Shown here: piece after piece, positions 63,237 through 64,000 of the stretch | How the letters are laid out: each line of letters opens with the position of its first letter | Position numbering within the stretch: the first letter of the stretch is position 1 | Origin: Squalus acanthias | Lineage: Eukaryota | Direction of reading: 5' to 3' | DNA length: 64,000 nucleotides | Assembly (NCBI GenBank): GCA_030390025.1 | Contig: CM059432.1 | Span: 99,698,001 to 99,762,000, forward strand | Notes under the pieces: generated by a model | Seen by the model: the letters and a program-made list of their open reading frames with translations, nothing else | What the model was told of the DNA's origin: nothing | Database searches by the model: none | Program-made: the position numbers and the translations under genes

Positions 63237-64000
63237 GGGGGAAAAATTCATCCCCTTAGCGCCTCCCGTTAGTGCTAGCTGGCAACACTCACTAACCACC
63301 CAATCTGCTAAATTGATTGTCGCCACCTATCTTAGCGCCTGGAGTAAACACCGACAGGGAGAGCTGGTGTGAAGCACCAGGAAGCCGGCTCCAGGGATGT
63401 TATTTAAAGGAATCATCAGTAATGACTCACAGCTGTCAGGTTATTGCAGTTCAGTGGTTTCTTGTCAGTTTCACATGCTACAAAAGTTTCATTCAGTAAT
63501 TTCTAGGTTCTTTTGCATCAGGAGTGTTGTGGCAACTAAAAAGTAACTACATTTATTCTTCAAAGAATCAAACTGCTACACTTGGTTACATTAATGGGGG
63601 CTGTACTGGCAGTCGACCTCACTCTCCAGGATCTATGGCGAAGGGAGCGGAGGCAGTGAGAAAGACTGGAACATGTGCCCAGAGGGAGGAGGAGGGCCAT
63701 CAGGGCTCTCAACAGCAGGCCTTACCCTCAGAGGGTATTCCGAAAGCACTTCTCCTACCTCCAATTAAGCGAGGAGCAGTGTATTAGAAGACTTTGCTTC
63801 ACCAAGGAGGTGGTCACAGAACTCTGCCACCTCCTGCAACCAGACCTCCAGCCTCAGACCAGGGCGACCACGGCTCTCCCAGTGACAGTCAAGGTCACCA
63901 TTGTCCTCAATTTCTTTGCCAGCGGATCCTTCCAGTCTGCAATAGGAGACATAGCTACCATCGCTGTCCATCACTGCATCCGGGAGTTCACAGAGGCTCT
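63237..64000 (+). mobile_element. Left end of another degenerate Harbinger, runs off window
   Basis: TIR GGGGGAAAAATTC; ATGGGGGCTG at 63594; frameshifted ELCHLLQPDLQPQTR..PVTVKVT. Confidence 0.85.

Noticed and set aside
1..64000. CRISPR array, prokaryotic operon or host protein-coding gene
   Set aside because: No repeat-spacer array. The DNA is vertebrate and repeat-dominated, and no recognisable host exon was found in the AT-rich gaps.

Overview
Eukaryotic, almost entirely transposon-derived DNA. The repeat repertoire (vertebrate-type CR1 LINEs, DeuSINE/SacSINE-like SINEs, Penelope pLTR remnants) points to a cartilaginous fish, which is an inference. No host gene could be identified. The window holds at least 8 PIF/Harbinger elements from several families plus Harbinger MITEs. 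One element (2614-6741) looks intact: it has TIRs, a TGA TSD, an open 386-aa DDE transposase, and a convergent three-exon 459-aa Myb/SANT gene reconstructed here from its splice sites. Also present are about 10 CR1 copies (two near full length with esterase ORF1), the 3' end of an endogenous retrovirus with a foamy/loki/F-protein-like env and candidate LTR, two related 1.6-kb solo LTRs, a four-level nested TE stack (18021-30226), and Penelope-derived minimal hammerhead ribozymes, including a perfect 100-bp-arm palindrome with one hammerhead on each strand. All family assignments come from motif recognition by eye; no database search was run.
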